64,000 nucleotides of DNA from the NCBI GenBank assembly GCA_000004695.1, contig CM000155.2, forward strand, positions 2,688,001 to 2,752,000, read 5' to 3'. The translations under genes and the position numbers were made by a program. Shown piece by piece: positions 25,819 through 37,739 of this stretch (the stretch's first letter is position 1; the number at the start of each line of letters is the position of its first letter). The notes below the pieces were generated by a model. The model did no database searches. It was given only the letters and a program-made list of their open reading frames with translations, and was not told where the DNA came from. This stretch comes from Dictyostelium discoideum (lineage: Eukaryota).

Positions 25819-27052
25819 TAATTAATTATAGTAATAACAATTTAATAATAATTTTTTTTTTTTTTTTTTAATTTTTTTTAAAGTTTTTGATGGATTTTTA
25901 GTAAAATATTGTGCATCAATTGTAGGTTATGGTTGTATGGTATTACCAATTTATACTGGTATTAGAGGTAGTTCAGGTAAAGATTCAACAGAGTTAACAA
26001 AGGATTACATTAGAAATACACAATTGATGGTAGCATTATCACAAGCAATTGGTCAATTAGTATTATTGGGTAATAAGGTTACATTGATGGCAGGTTATAC
26101 ATCACGTGTTTCAGAGTTATTAGAGATGATTAAATCAATTAAGGAACGTGGTACATCACAATTTACCATTGTCCACGAGGATGATGTACCAAATCCATTA
26201 ACAAACTCACCAGTGAATGATAAGTATGATACAAGTGTTGATATGTCAAGTTGGTTAGAGGATTGGAGAAAGAGATCAGATCAAACTCGTATTGTTAAAC
26301 GTCAACAATCCAACAGATCATCAGCAAGTGGTGCAACCACTGTCTATGGTGGTGGTACATTTGTTGAGGGTGATTTCATCAAATTCGAGAATGTTTCAAT
26401 CGTATCACCAGAGGGTAAACTTTTGGTAGAGAATTTAGATTTCCAAGTTATGCCAAATCAAAATGTAATGATCACTGGTCCAAATGGTTCAGGTAAGAGT
26501 TCACTCTTTAGAATCCTCGGTGAATTATGGCCACTTCATTGTGGTACTGTAATTAAACCAAGAAAGGAAGATATCTTATTCGTTCCACAAAAACCTTACT
26601 TGGTATTGGGTACCCTCCGTGATCAAATCATCTATCCACATAGTCATGATGATATGAAGAAATTGGGTGTCACCGATGATGATCTTCAACATCTTTTAGC
26701 AACCGTAGATCCAAATCTTACTATCATTCGTCAATGGAATTGGGATGATACCAAAGATTGGTTCACTGCCCTCTCTGGTGGTCAAAAACAAAGAATTGCC
26801 ATGGCTCGTCTCTTTTATCATCGTCCACAATACGCTATTCTCGATGAATGTACAAGCGCCGTCTCTGATGAAGTCGAAGGTAAAATCTATGAAACTTGTA
26901 AAAAACTTGGTATCACTTTATTCACCGTTTCTCATCGTCCACAATTAAGAGCTTACCACGATTACGTTTTACTCTTTAATGGTAGAGGTGGTTGGGAATG
27001 GTCAAAAATTGATCATGATGATGATCATTTAAAAAAACCATTATCACATTAA
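24310..27052 (+). CDS. Peroxisomal-type ABC half-transporter, subfamily D (ABCD), about 741 aa. Model: join(24310..24511,24652..25117,25237..25441,25543..25726,25884..27052).
   Basis: The TMD carries the ABCD signature ...GGADRIDN A DQRVTSDIEQFCNS..., which spans the exon 2/3 junction (compare NPDQ.ITQDVEKFC). The NBD has GPNGSGKSSLFRILGELW (Walker A), LSGGQKQRIAMARLFYHRPQYAILDECTSAVS (signature and Walker B) and TVSHR. Donors GTTAGT, GTATGT, GTAAGT and GTAAGT all keep the exon phases consistent. Confidence 0.8.
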
Positions 27053-27181
27053 ATAAGTAATTTTAATTTTTTAAAAAAAAAAAAAACAAAAAAAAAAAAA
27101 CAAATAATATAATAAATAAAAAAAAAACCTTTTTTTTTTTATACAATTTTTTAAATATATATATTTAATTTATTTATTTAT

Positions 27182-27730
27182 TTATTTATTTGCAAGTTCT
27201 AATATTTTTCTTACAGTATTAAAATTTCTAGCAGTATGAGGTAAATTTTTTATTTTTTTATTTAATGATTTAAATCCAGAAGTTAATTCAGAGGATGGGC
27301 CACATTGTTTACCAAAATAATAAATAATACCATTAATTAATTCCCATTTACTTTTTTCAGTCATTCCAGATTTTTCTTTTTCATATTCACATTGATCTAA
27401 TGACTCACCAGTTGGGAAAAAAACAAAAACTGATTTTGGTATTGAAAGATCAAATGGATTAGATGAAATTATATCTTTATATTCTTCAATATTATAAATA
27501 GCTAATTTAGGATCTTTAACTGAAAACTTTTCTGATAAAATATTTATTACATCATTTTTAATTACAATTTTACTTTCTAATGATTCTATTATTAAATTAC
27601 CAGTTTGAATATATGTTTCAATTTTTTTAATTGATTTAACTTTACTTAATTCTTCTTTTAATTCTTTCATTTTAATTAAATTTTGTGAAGCAATATTTAT
27701 TGATCTTAAAAATATTAAATATTTATTCAT
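27182..27730 (-). CDS. DUF1697-family protein of 182 aa. It is intronless and of a bacterial-type family.
   Basis: ATG at rc 27728-27730. The N-terminus YLIFLRSINIASQNLIKMKELKEELSKVKSIKKIETYIQTGNLIIES matches the DUF1697 signature (Y.ALLRGINVGG.N...MAELR..L..LGF..V.TYIQSGN). The length and the absence of an intron are typical of that family. Confidence 0.65.
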   Translation of the reverse strand: MNKYLIFLRSINIASQNLIKMKELKEELSKVKSIKKIETYIQTGNLIIESLESKIVIKNDVINILSEKFSVKDPKLAIYNIEEYKDIISSNPFDLSIPKSVFVFFPTGESLDQCEYEKEKSGMTEKSKWELINGIIYYFGKQCGPSSELTSGFKSLNKKIKNLPHTARNFNTVRKILELANK

Positions 27731-28006
27731 TTTTTTATTTATTTGTGTAATGTTTAATCAAACTTTAACTAAAAACACAAAAACGAAAATTAAAAAAAAA
27801 AAAAAAAAAAATCAAATAAAAAAAAAAAAAAATGTCAGATTAATTCCAAGAAAAAGATTATTAATTTATTTTTATTTTTTTTTTATTTTTTGAAAAGAAT
27901 TATTGTAATTAATTATTTTATTATTTTGCAATTACAATTTTGAGAAAATTTGATAGGATTTTACAATATTACTTTTTTTTAATTTGGATAATTTAGATAA
28001 TTTTTT

Positions 28007-30751
28007 TTAATTTGTAATTTCAGAAATATAAAAATTTGAATCAGATAATTTATAATAATTATCCCAATAACCAGCAGAGATAATACCACCATAACCTTTA
28101 CCACGGAAATCAGGACCTGTTACAATGAAATCAGGGCCAGTAATATCACCACTTCTTTGTGGAATTGAATGAAGTGCATTATCTAAACCAAGTGAATCAG
28201 TACCAGCAATTACTAAAACTAAATTACCACCACATCTATTTGGCATAAGGAAAGCAATACCAATACCATCACCTTGGAATAAATAACCATTTTCACCTCC
28301 AATATAGAAAGAATTATCTTGATTAAAAGAAACATCTGATCTAATGATATATTTATTAGTTATTAAATTTTCATTTGAATTACCAATTAAAATTACATTT
28401 TCACTACATGATGTATCTTGATTTGATAATTGCTCAATGTATTGTTGATCAGAGAAAATGGTTACAGAACCTCTACCATAATTATTCCAAAAATTGTTTA
28501 CATAGATTGCTGCTTGTTTTGCTTGAGCAATGGTTTGATTATTTTGAGAAGCTGTACCATAGACGATTTTAATACTACTTTCAAAGATTTGTCTAATTGG
28601 ACCATAGGTTGAAGGATTTTTCTCATTTTGAATCCAAGTTGAATTATCTGGATTTATGGTCCAATTTTTTTGATTTGATCTTTGTTGTTGTGGAGTATTT
28701 TCAAAATGATATTGTGGATAAAAGTATTGATCAACAGTAAATTGTTGTTTATTATCAATTATCAAAGTACTTGGGAATTCAGTACGTATTGGTTCTTTAG
28801 TGATTGCAAATCTTTTAACATTTTGAGTATCTAAATACCAAATTAAATCACCATTTGAATCATAAACTTGAGTTAATTTAATCTTTGCTAATCTGAATGG
28901 TATTGAAAGTTGAAGAATTAAAATATTTGCTCTTGGACCTGTTCCAGATGGATTGAGGGTTGAAATTGTAATTGTTTTTGGTATTGGTGGAATTGAAGTT
29001 AAACTATTATAATAAGCTTGCATATAAGAATCTGTAAGAATTCCAGGGAAATAATGATTTTCATTTGGTACTTCACTAACGATTACAGCATTCTCATCTT
29101 GGCTTTGTTCAGCAACCATTCTTACGATACGACGTGAATGATATGGATTGACGACAGTATCGTTTTCACCATATCTTGCCATTAATTTTAATCCAACTAA
29201 ATTACTTGATATAATGTCAACATTATTCTCTTCGATTGAAATCATTAAGAGAGCTTTTAAAGTTTGATCAATATATGAAAAACCTGGTGAAGTTTCATAG
29301 GAAATGTACATTGATAATTTTGGGAAACCACTTGCACAAGCACCACCCAATGCTAAATCACCTTGACGTACTAAAAGATTCCAACAACCCATACCACCCA
29401 TACTATGACCAATGAATAAAATCTTTGAAGAATCAGTTTTATAAAATTGTTTTTGAGATTCTACTACACCTGGTAATGATTCAACCAATGATTCAACCGA
29501 ATAAAATACATTTAATCTACTTGAACTTGCCCAATCATAACCACAATTAGTTCTACCAGTTGGCATTACAGTCCAAAGATTCTCTTGTCTTTGAAATTGA
29601 GCAAACCAACTTGGATCTCTTGTAACCCCTAAAAATCCATGTGTAGCAACCATAACATTACATAAATTTTCATTTAAACCACATTGATTAATTGGTGATA
29701 ATAACATTGCATATTGAACTGTTTGATCAAAATCTAAGAATGTATATAAAAATGCATTTGTAAATTCTGTACAATTAAATGCTATTGATGTAGTATATAA
29801 TTTATTAATTGAATCACCACCACCACCACCAATTTCATTTGTATTAATTGAAACTTGAATTTCTAAATTTAAAGGACAACCTAATTGATTTGAGATTGTT
29901 GAATCTTTTATTGAAATTTCAAATGGTATTGAGAATCTTTGACCAACTAATATATTAGTTAAAGATGTATTTAAGATTGGATTTATTTGAAATAATTGAT
30001 CACTTGTACTATTTTCAAGTAATCCAATAGTTATACCATTTGTTAAATCCATTTCACCAGAATTTAATAATGTTATAGATGCATATTTACTTGCTAATAT
30101 ACCACTAACAATATCTGGTACCAATGATTCAGTTTCAATGATTGAAAGGGTTTCTTTAATTGGTATTAGATTACAAGTGAATTGTGAAAATGCTGAACCA
30201 TAAACTCTTGTACTACTTAACATCTTTAAATAAATTCTATATTGTTCACCTTGATTTAAATAAATGATTTGTTGACCATTACCATATCCGAAAAAGTCAC
30301 CGGAAAATTCATATATTTGGGTTGGATTTGATTGAGATTGAATGTAGAATGTACGAATATCAGTACAATTGATAATATAATTTGATGATGGTTCAGTTGC
30401 TGTAAAATCACCAATTACATAAGCATACCATAAATAAATTTCCCAACCAAATGGCATATCATAAAAAGACCAATTAATACTTGATGACCATTCCATTTGA
30501 AATGCTCCTGGTGTACTCCAATTATATGTACTCCAACCAACTACACTATTATGTCCTAATTCTGATGGATAGGTTGTATTATCACCAATTGGAATATTAA
30601 AAATTCCACCATATGATTCTAATGTATCATAAATTTCTTCTCTTTCTCCAATTGGGAATGGTCCAATTACATTATAAATATTTGGTAGTGTTGTACATTT
30701 TATATAATTGATTAATAATAATAAAATTTTTAATATATATAAATATTTCAT
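28007..30751 (-). CDS. Secreted alpha/beta-hydrolase (lipase/esterase-type) protein of 914 aa with large N- and C-terminal extensions.
   Basis: ATG at rc 30749-30751. Signal peptide MKYLYILKILLLLINYIKC. The nucleophile elbow GHSMGG sits in ILFIGHSMGGMGCWNLL (a PGAP1/DUF676-type lipase motif). The ORF is continuous, with no evidence of introns. Confidence 0.65.
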   Translation of the reverse strand: MKYLYILKILLLLINYIKCTTLPNIYNVIGPFPIGEREEIYDTLESYGGIFNIPIGDNTTYPSELGHNSVVGWSTYNWSTPGAFQMEWSSSINWSFYDMPFGWEIYLWYAYVIGDFTATEPSSNYIINCTDIRTFYIQSQSNPTQIYEFSGDFFGYGNGQQIIYLNQGEQYRIYLKMLSSTRVYGSAFSQFTCNLIPIKETLSIIETESLVPDIVSGILASKYASITLLNSGEMDLTNGITIGLLENSTSDQLFQINPILNTSLTNILVGQRFSIPFEISIKDSTISNQLGCPLNLEIQVSINTNEIGGGGGDSINKLYTTSIAFNCTEFTNAFLYTFLDFDQTVQYAMLLSPINQCGLNENLCNVMVATHGFLGVTRDPSWFAQFQRQENLWTVMPTGRTNCGYDWASSSRLNVFYSVESLVESLPGVVESQKQFYKTDSSKILFIGHSMGGMGCWNLLVRQGDLALGGACASGFPKLSMYISYETSPGFSYIDQTLKALLMISIEENNVDIISSNLVGLKLMARYGENDTVVNPYHSRRIVRMVAEQSQDENAVIVSEVPNENHYFPGILTDSYMQAYYNSLTSIPPIPKTITISTLNPSGTGPRANILILQLSIPFRLAKIKLTQVYDSNGDLIWYLDTQNVKRFAITKEPIRTEFPSTLIIDNKQQFTVDQYFYPQYHFENTPQQQRSNQKNWTINPDNSTWIQNEKNPSTYGPIRQIFESSIKIVYGTASQNNQTIAQAKQAAIYVNNFWNNYGRGSVTIFSDQQYIEQLSNQDTSCSENVILIGNSNENLITNKYIIRSDVSFNQDNSFYIGGENGYLFQGDGIGIAFLMPNRCGGNLVLVIAGTDSLGLDNALHSIPQRSGDITGPDFIVTGPDFRGKGYGGIISAGYWDNYYKLSDSNFYISEITN

Positions 30752-30772
30752 TTCTTTAAACGAATGGTTTCG

Positions 30773-30805
<33 letters not shown>

Positions 30806-30911
30806 AAAAAAAAAACAAAAAAAAAAAATCCAAAAAAAAAAAAAAATCTAAAAATTAAATTGTGAAGTGTTTCCATCAACAAATTGGAGTATTAATTGAA
30901 ATTATATTTTA

Positions 30912-32315
30912 TTATTGAACACTCAAAATATCAGTTATGAGTGGTTGCTTTTTAATAGCAACAGTAAATTGAATTGAAAGTGTATCATTTTTCAAATATC
31001 CTCCAGTTTTGAAATCCTTTTCAAATGCCCATCCCCATCTTGTACCACCAACCTCTAAACCTATTTTATAGAATTTTTTAAAAAATTTAATTAGTATAAA
31101 TACATTTAAATTTTTGAAAAAAAAAAAAAAAAAAAAAAAATAAAACTTACATTTATCATTTTCAAATGTACTATTTAAATCATTACCGTTATGATTTTTA
31201 ATTGAAATAGAAAAGTTAACAAATGTTTTTTCTCCTTTGGTTAATACCAAGTATAAGGATAAGCTGTTACTTGGTGAAGTTTCACCATTTGGATACAACC
31301 ATAAATGGAAACTATGATGACCAACAGTGATGACTGGCGAAGAGAAATAAAAACCCTTTTGGAACTGTCTCTTTGAAAAGTTTTTAATATCCCAAACACT
31401 TTTGAACTTTTCTTGTTTTGAGATTAATCGATTGATTTCTCTTTGAGCCAATGGGTCGTCTCTTGCTTGAGTTAGCAATGTTTCAAGTTGTTCAACTTTT
31501 TGATTTAATTCAGAGATTTGCAAATCATTAAGTGTTTCATTCAATTCATCAATTTTGTTATTTAGATTCGAGATGTGTTCAATTGATTGTAAATGATTTG
31601 ATAGCTCTGATCTTTTGAATAAAAGATCACATCCATTATCACAAAGAATACATGGAATGACTATATTTGGACAAACATTATCTAAGTGAAAATCCATATC
31701 ACCTCTTTCAACTGTTGAACCACATTCAAGACATTTAATTTTGGTTTTTAAGCACTCTTCATCGATATGTTCTTCTATTGATTTTCTGATGATTTTGTTA
31801 TTACAGTTTGGGCAATCCTCCAATTGGAAACCACAAGTTTGTAAATGTTGATCTAGATTTTTTAATCTAAATTCACCGGTACAACCATTGACATCATTTG
31901 GACATTTTGTAAAGGCATATATACATCCTTTCAAGTGAGAACTTAAATTTCCAACAGTGACAACGTCTCTACAACCATCGTCATCGAGTAAGACATTTAT
32001 ACCTTCATAGTGATTGGGATTCGATCGCACAAGTGAATTTGGACAATCCATGTTTTTACCTGCAAATCCATTTTCAATGAATCTTGATCTTGATAGACTA
32101 TCGATTGACTCTACTCTACATTCTTTGGTTGGACATTCTTTGGTTGTTCTAAATATTTCAATCCAACAATTTTTGCATGCCCAACTACCATTTTTGCATT
32201 GATAGACTTCAGAGACCTTATCAAAGTCATAAATTAATATTTTGCATTTTGGACATGAAAAATTCTCACCTGGGTTGGTTTTTGTAAATAAAAAATGAAA
32301 TATGTTAACATCCAT
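30912..32315 (-). CDS. TRAF-like protein with RING-like and TRAF zinc fingers, a coiled coil and a MATH domain. Model: complement(join(30912..31060,31151..32315)), about 437 aa.
   Basis: ATG at rc 32313-32315. The N-terminal half is Cys-rich (CPKCKILIY...[12 protein letters not shown] plus repeated C..C/H..C TRAF-type fingers). The coiled coil reads [24 protein letters not shown]. The MATH domain is split by a 90-nt intron (GTAAGT at rc 31145-31150, acceptor AG at 31061-31062). The ORF track reads through this intron as poly-F. Confidence 0.7.
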   Translation of the reverse strand: MDVNIFHFLFTKTNPGENFSCPKCKILIYDFDKVSEVYQCKNGSWACKNCWIEIFRTTKECPTKECRVESIDSLSRSRFIENGFAGKNMDCPNSLVRSNPNHYEGINVLLDDDGCRDVVTVGNLSSHLKGCIYAFTKCPNDVNGCTGEFRLKNLDQHLQTCGFQLEDCPNCNNKIIRKSIEEHIDEECLKTKIKCLECGSTVERGDMDFHLDNVCPNIVIPCILCDNGCDLLFKRSELSNHLQSIEHISNLNNKIDELNETLNDLQISELNQKVEQLETLLTQARDDPLAQREINRLISKQEKFKSVWDIKNFSKRQFQKGFYFSSPVITVGHHSFHLWLYPNGETSPSNSLSLYLVLTKGEKTFVNFSISIKNHNGNDLNSTFENDKCKFYFFFFFFFFKNLNVFILIKFFKKFYKIGLEVGGTRWGWAFEKDFKTGGYLKNDTLSIQFTVAIKKQPLITDILSVQ

Positions 32316-32658
32316 ATTATTAATAAAATGATAAAGATATAAATGTTAATGCTATTAATTAATATAAAAATATAAAAATAAAATAAAAAAAAATAGAAAA
32401 TAATAATAAAAAAAAAAAGAGGATAAAAAAAAAAAATAAAAAAAAATAAAAAAAAATAAAAGTATTTATGTTTATAAAATTTAATTACCATTTTTATTTT
32501 TTTAATAAAGGCTTGAAAATTTAAGGGTTATAGAGGTAAATTATTAAAGAAAATTATTATTAAAACTTAAACTTTTTTTTTTTTTTATTACATTTTGAGC
32601 TTCAAAAAATTTTCACAACTTATTTTTTTCAAAAAAAAAAAATAAATAAAATTTAATC

Positions 32659-32689
<31 letters not shown>

Positions 32690-32801
32690 TAAAAAAAAAA
32701 TTTAATCAGGATATGGTTTAAGTTATATAAACAAACAAGATTTTTTGATTCGTCTCATCAAAGGCTCATCACCATCTTAAAGGATGCAAGTGTATGGTCT
32801 G

Positions 32802-32840
<39 letters not shown>

Positions 32841-33105
32841 AAAAATTTAAGAGATAACCACCTTAATTTTTTTATTTTTTAAAATTCAGTTATTTTTTCT
32901 AGTATTTGGCTCATTGTGTTTTGCTCTTTGTTTTATTATTTTATATTTTAAATTATTAGATTTTTTTTCCACACAAAAAAAAAAAAAAAAAAAAAAAAAA
33001 ACTTAATTTTATATTGAAATTCAGTAATTAAAATGGTCGACCAATATATATTTTATATTTTATTTGTTTGTTTATTTTTTATATGTTTGCTTGTTTTATT
33101 TATTT

Positions 33106-34663
33106 TTAATCATTTAAAAAAGTTAAGACTGGGGATTGATAGGGTTGATTATTTCCTTTTGGTGTTATAAAATGTTTGAAGGTATCAGTTTTAATGATTG
33201 TAGCAACAGTGGATGGTATTGAATTTGGGGATTTAAAAGGTAATTTTATATCACACAAATAAAGATTTTGTACAGAGGGAGGAATGATATCTTGGCTAAT
33301 TGGTTCAGAGAATCCATCATGAAGAAATAAATCAGTTACACCATTTGGAATTGAGCCAACTAATAAAGGTGTTTTGATGGTGCAAATATGAAGATGAGTT
33401 ATTGTGGGTGCCAAAAATCCTGGTTCCAAAGGTTGATTAAATCCATCTAATAATAAACAGTGTTTTACATTGGCTGGTATATAGGCACCACCTTCAATAA
33501 TTTTTATATTACTATTTGATGGAATAGCTAAATGAGTGATCTCAGTTGAGATGATACCATTATTTTCATCCTTATTATAATAGGTGAAAACTTTATCACC
33601 AAATTGAACTCTTTTTGGTTTTTTAGCAAAATTGATAGATTTAGAATGAATGATAAATATTGATTTCATTAATTCCTTCATTGAATCAATAGATTGTTGA
33701 TTCAATGTAACAGTTGAACTTCTATAATCATCTAATATTTCCTTTCTATAATTATTTGTATCTTCCGATAATAAAATTTTAGATTGTTGATAATCTTTTA
33801 TTAATTCAATGTGCTCATTATTTTCAAACATTTCTCTAATATTATAATTTTTAAAAATAATTTCTGGTTGTTGATCTTCTTGTGGTTGATCTTGTTGGGG
33901 TTGAGGTTGTGGTGGTTGATCTTGAGGTGGTTGATCTTGAGGTGGTTGATCTTGAGGTGGTTGATCTTGAGGTGGTTGATCTTGAGGTGGTTGATCTTGA
34001 GGTGGTTGATCCTGTGGTGGTTGATCTTGAGGTGGTTGATCTTGAGGTGGTTGATCTTGTGGTGGTTGATCTTGAGGAATTTGCTCCTGTTGCTGTTGTT
34101 GTTGTTGTTCTTGTTCTTGTTGTAGTTGTTGTTGTTTTTGTTTTTCTTGTTCTTGCTCTTGCTCTAGTTGTAATTGTCTTTGTCTTTGTTTTTGTAATTT
34201 TAAGATTAAATCTTCTTCAACTTTATGGCTTTTAATTATTTGATCAGTTAAATTATTATTTCTTTCAACATTAAAAGATATTTGTTTGTTAATATCTTGA
34301 TTTTGATCGAAAATTGTAAGTAACTGATCAATACCATCATTTAAAATTGTATCGAGTAAAGTTTGTATTGGATTAATTACACCTTGTAATAATTTAACAT
34401 TTGTTTCATGTTCATCTCCAATCTTTTTAAAATCTAAATTGGATTGTTTTAATAATACTTGATCCGAGTTGTAACATTCGTTTAATTTTGGGAAAAGTTG
34501 ATTCTTAAATTCTTCCAATATTGAATTTGTATTTTCAAATTTAATTTCATCAAATGTATGACCTCTATGTTTTGGTGAAACAACACAAGAATTACAAACT
34601 GGGTCACTTGAACAATCTACACAAAGAAATTTAATTGTTTTATCTTTATGTGTAACACATTTA

Positions 34664-34695
<32 letters not shown>

Positions 34696-34728
34696 TTTAT
34701 TGGCTTTAAATAATTTATTGGAAATCAT
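33106..34728 (-). CDS. B-box zinc-finger, coiled-coil and FNIP-repeat protein of 540 aa, with a (PQDQP)n tract.
   Basis: ATG at rc 34726-34728. The B-box is CVTHKDKTIKFLCVDCSSDPVCNSCVVSPKHRGHTF, followed by a Q/E-rich coiled coil. The C-terminal FNIP repeats read LLDGFNQPLEPGFLAPTITHL..., LHDGFSEPISQDIIPPSVQNL... and CDIKLPF. Confidence 0.75.
33880..34080 (-). repeat. Perfect 15-bp tandem repeat, about 11 copies, inside the B-box/FNIP CDS. It encodes (PQDQP)n.
   Basis: The plus strand shows ggtggttgatcttga reiterated with only two variant copies (cctgtgg and cttgtgg). The minus strand reads CCTCAAGATCAACCA. Confidence 0.9.
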
Positions 34729-35068
34729 GATTTAGATTTATTTGTTTTTGTGATAAAAACAAAAATAAAAAAAAAAAAAAATAAAAATAAAAAAAAAAAT
34801 TAAAAAAAAAAAAAAAAAAACTTGCCACAATAAATAAAAACCACTGCCCTTTTCGGTTATGTATTTTTAAGTTTTTGTTTTTTTTAAGTTTTTTAAATTT
34901 TTAAATACAACAAATTTTTACAAAAATAAAAATTTCAGGTGAAAGTACTTATTTACATAAGCACTTTTCAGTTTTGTTTTTTTAAGTTTTTTTTTTTTGT
35001 TTTTATAAATTTTTATAACTAGCACCTATCGATAATACTTATAATATATTTTTTTTTTTATTAAATAG

Positions 35069-37627
35069 TTATTGGTTTTTCGCCAACTTTCTTAATTTTA
35101 ATTGACTAACTTCAACTTTCTTTTTTCTATAAACCAAAAAACCAGATGCACCAATTGCAGCCACACCAACAAATGATGTAACAACTGCAACTGGAATAAT
35201 GTAAGATTTTCTATTGTCATTATCTCCACATAAATCTTTAAAATTTGTAGTTAATAGTAAAGAGAAATCTGAAAATTAAAAAATTAAAAATTAATAATGA
35301 GGAATTTTTTTTTTTATCAGAAAATAAAAAAAAAAAAAAACATACCTGGATCGATTAAACAGTTTTTGCAATGTGGTAAATCCATTCCCATTGTAATGGT
35401 TGATTTACTTTTATCACTTGAAATTATTGAAGTTTTCAAATGAATTGGTCTACCATCAGAGATAACTTTATTTATGAAACGACCATAAAGAACCTTATTA
35501 TCTTTTTTAATTGTTATAAAGTTTAATAGTTGATTTGATGTTGTTTCGATTTCAGTTTCTTTATTATTACATTTATCTTTTTTAATTTCTTTTTCTTCTG
35601 TTTTTGTAACTATTTGTAATTGTAAAGTATTTAATGTACTTGAATATGTATAGTTATAAATAAAAATAGAAATTTTAATTGAATCCTTTTCTAACCTATA
35701 ATTTAAATCAGAGAATGTATAATCTTTTGTTTGATCTATTATTTCTACTTTATAAATTAATTCAACTTGGTTATCATCTAATTTTTGATTAAATAATTGT
35801 ACTGATTTATCAATGTTGGTGGTATCGTTTTTTACTTTTTCCCATTTTTGGTTTATATCATAAATTTTAACTTGTTTACCATTAAAATTTAATTCAATTA
35901 ATTTATCAATGAAAATTTCATAATTATTATAACTATCATCAATTGTTGTTTTACCATTTGTATCTTTTGAATCCACTGTATTATTTGGAGAATTACAATC
36001 TAAACCTTTCCACCATCATTACATCTACATTCACCTGATGATAAACAAACACCTTTACTATTACAATTTTTTAAACAATTATTTTTTATATTTGGATCTT
36101 CATTATCTAAATAGATGAAAAGATCTTTTCCCATCCAAATAATTTGATTTTGTGTGACATTAACATTTTGAATACCTGATTGACCTTGTGGAAGTTCACA
36201 TTTTATAGTTTTATTATCAATTGCTTTTGGATCTTTACAATTTAATTGACCAATGGTAACTGTTAAATCAAAATGAATACCTCCAAACCATCCAAACAAT
36301 GTAACTTCACCACCTAAATGATTTGGAATTGAACAATCTTTACCTATAACTCTATTGTTGGACATTTACAAACACCAATTTCTGCATCACATTTTCCTTG
36401 ATTAAAACATTGAGTTGGGCATATGAAATTACAATTACCAGTTTGATTATTACAATAACCATTATCTTGATAAATATTTTCACATTCAATAAATGGTAAA
36501 GAACAATCATCACCTTGATATCCATTAATACATTGACATTGGTAGGTTGATAAATCACATGTTCCACCATTCAAACAAGAGGTTAAAATACATTTATTTG
36601 AAGAGCAATCTTCACCTTGATATTGATTTAAACAATTACATTCACCTGTAGTATGATCACAAGAGCCACCACTCATACAAGACTTGGGACAATTAATAGA
36701 TAAACAATCATTTCCAAAGTAAATACCAATATATTTACATTCACCTAGAGTTGTATCACAATTACCACCATTTTGGCAATTATTAGTACAGTTAATTGAT
36801 AAACAATCATCGCCAAAGTAATTGCCAATACATTTACATTTGCCTTTAGTAAAATCACAAGTACCTCCATTATGGCAATTATTTGTACAGTTAATTGATA
36901 AACAATCATCCCAAAGTAATTACCAATACATTTACATTCACCTTTTGTCGTATCACAAGTACCACCATTTTGGCAAATTTTTACAATAAATTGATAAACA
37001 ATCATCTCCAAAGTAATTGCCAATACATTTACATTCACCCTTAGTCATATCACATACACCACCATTAAAACAGGTCTTTTGGCATTGAATTTCTGAACAA
37101 TCTTTACCTCTATATTGATTACAACTACAAATTCCTGTTAAATAGTCACATGTTCCACCACCAATTGAAATTGAACAATCATTTATACAATCATAGTGAA
37201 TTGTAGTACAATCAGGTAAACCTGTAAAACCATAATTACATATACAACTTGCATTATTTGTTAAACAATATGAATTTTGACTACATTGATTCTATAAACA
37301 CATTTTAATTGGACTATTGGTTATTCCTATATTAATTGAAAGTTGATTTGTATAAATACCAATTTTAATAATAACCTTTATATTTGATTCATCTTTTAGT
37401 TTTAAGAAATTTGAAATATTACATGAAATTGTTGTAAAAGTTGAATCACCTTGAATAACTGGACAACTATATGATTGACCTATTTTATCGAATAGATTTT
37501 TTTTTTTTTTTTTAGATTTTTGGTAAATAAGAAAAAAATGTTTTTTGTAAATAATAATATAAAAAAAAAAAAAAAAATATTTACACGCTATAAATCCTTT
37601 CTTTTGCTTTTTGAGGGAATTTACCAA
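35069..37627 (-). pseudogene. Type I transmembrane protein gene with about six tenascin-type EGF-like repeats and an IPT/TIG domain. The reading frame is disrupted. The 3' part has intact splicing (exon ...35346, intron 35269-35345, last exon 35069..35268).
   Basis: The minus strand carries EGF repeats (C..C.NGG.CD...G.C.C...Y.G.DCS). An in-frame TAG sits at rc 37292-37294 (...PIKMCL*NQCSQNSYC). A 2-nt deficit falls near 36990 and a 1-nt deficit near 36905 (tttgggatgatt versus tttggcgatgatt in the sister repeats). Another 1-nt shift near 36365 separates GVCKCP from NNRVIGKDCSIPNHLGG (TIG). The last exons are intact: ...LIDP G|GTATGT, then TTTTCAG|AT FSLLLTTNFKDLCGD..., a TM helix IIPVAVVTSFVGVAAIGASGFLVY and the tail RKKKVEVSQLKLRKLAKNQ*. 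Confidence 0.45.
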
Positions 37628-37739
37628 GAAAACCTGGCTCCATTGAGCATTTTGAAAAAATTAGAATAAAAACTTCATCAAAATATAATTTAAAAAAATT
37701 ATTAACAAAATCTGAGGCTTTAATTTGATTTTGTAAAGA

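Noticed and set aside
33811-34235. Plus-strand ORFs rich in WLIL/VVDLE repeats
   Set aside because: They are antisense translations of the 15-bp tandem repeat within the minus-strand B-box/FNIP gene.
37292-37627. 111-aa ORF (MVNSLKKQKKGFIACKYFFFFFYIII...) taken as the intact 5' exon of the EGF gene
   Set aside because: It begins at TTG and reads through an apparent intron (T|GTAAAT ... AAAATAG|GT). Only its C-terminal half (QSYSCPVIQGD...) looks coding. No signal-peptide start exon could be placed, so it is folded into the pseudogene call.
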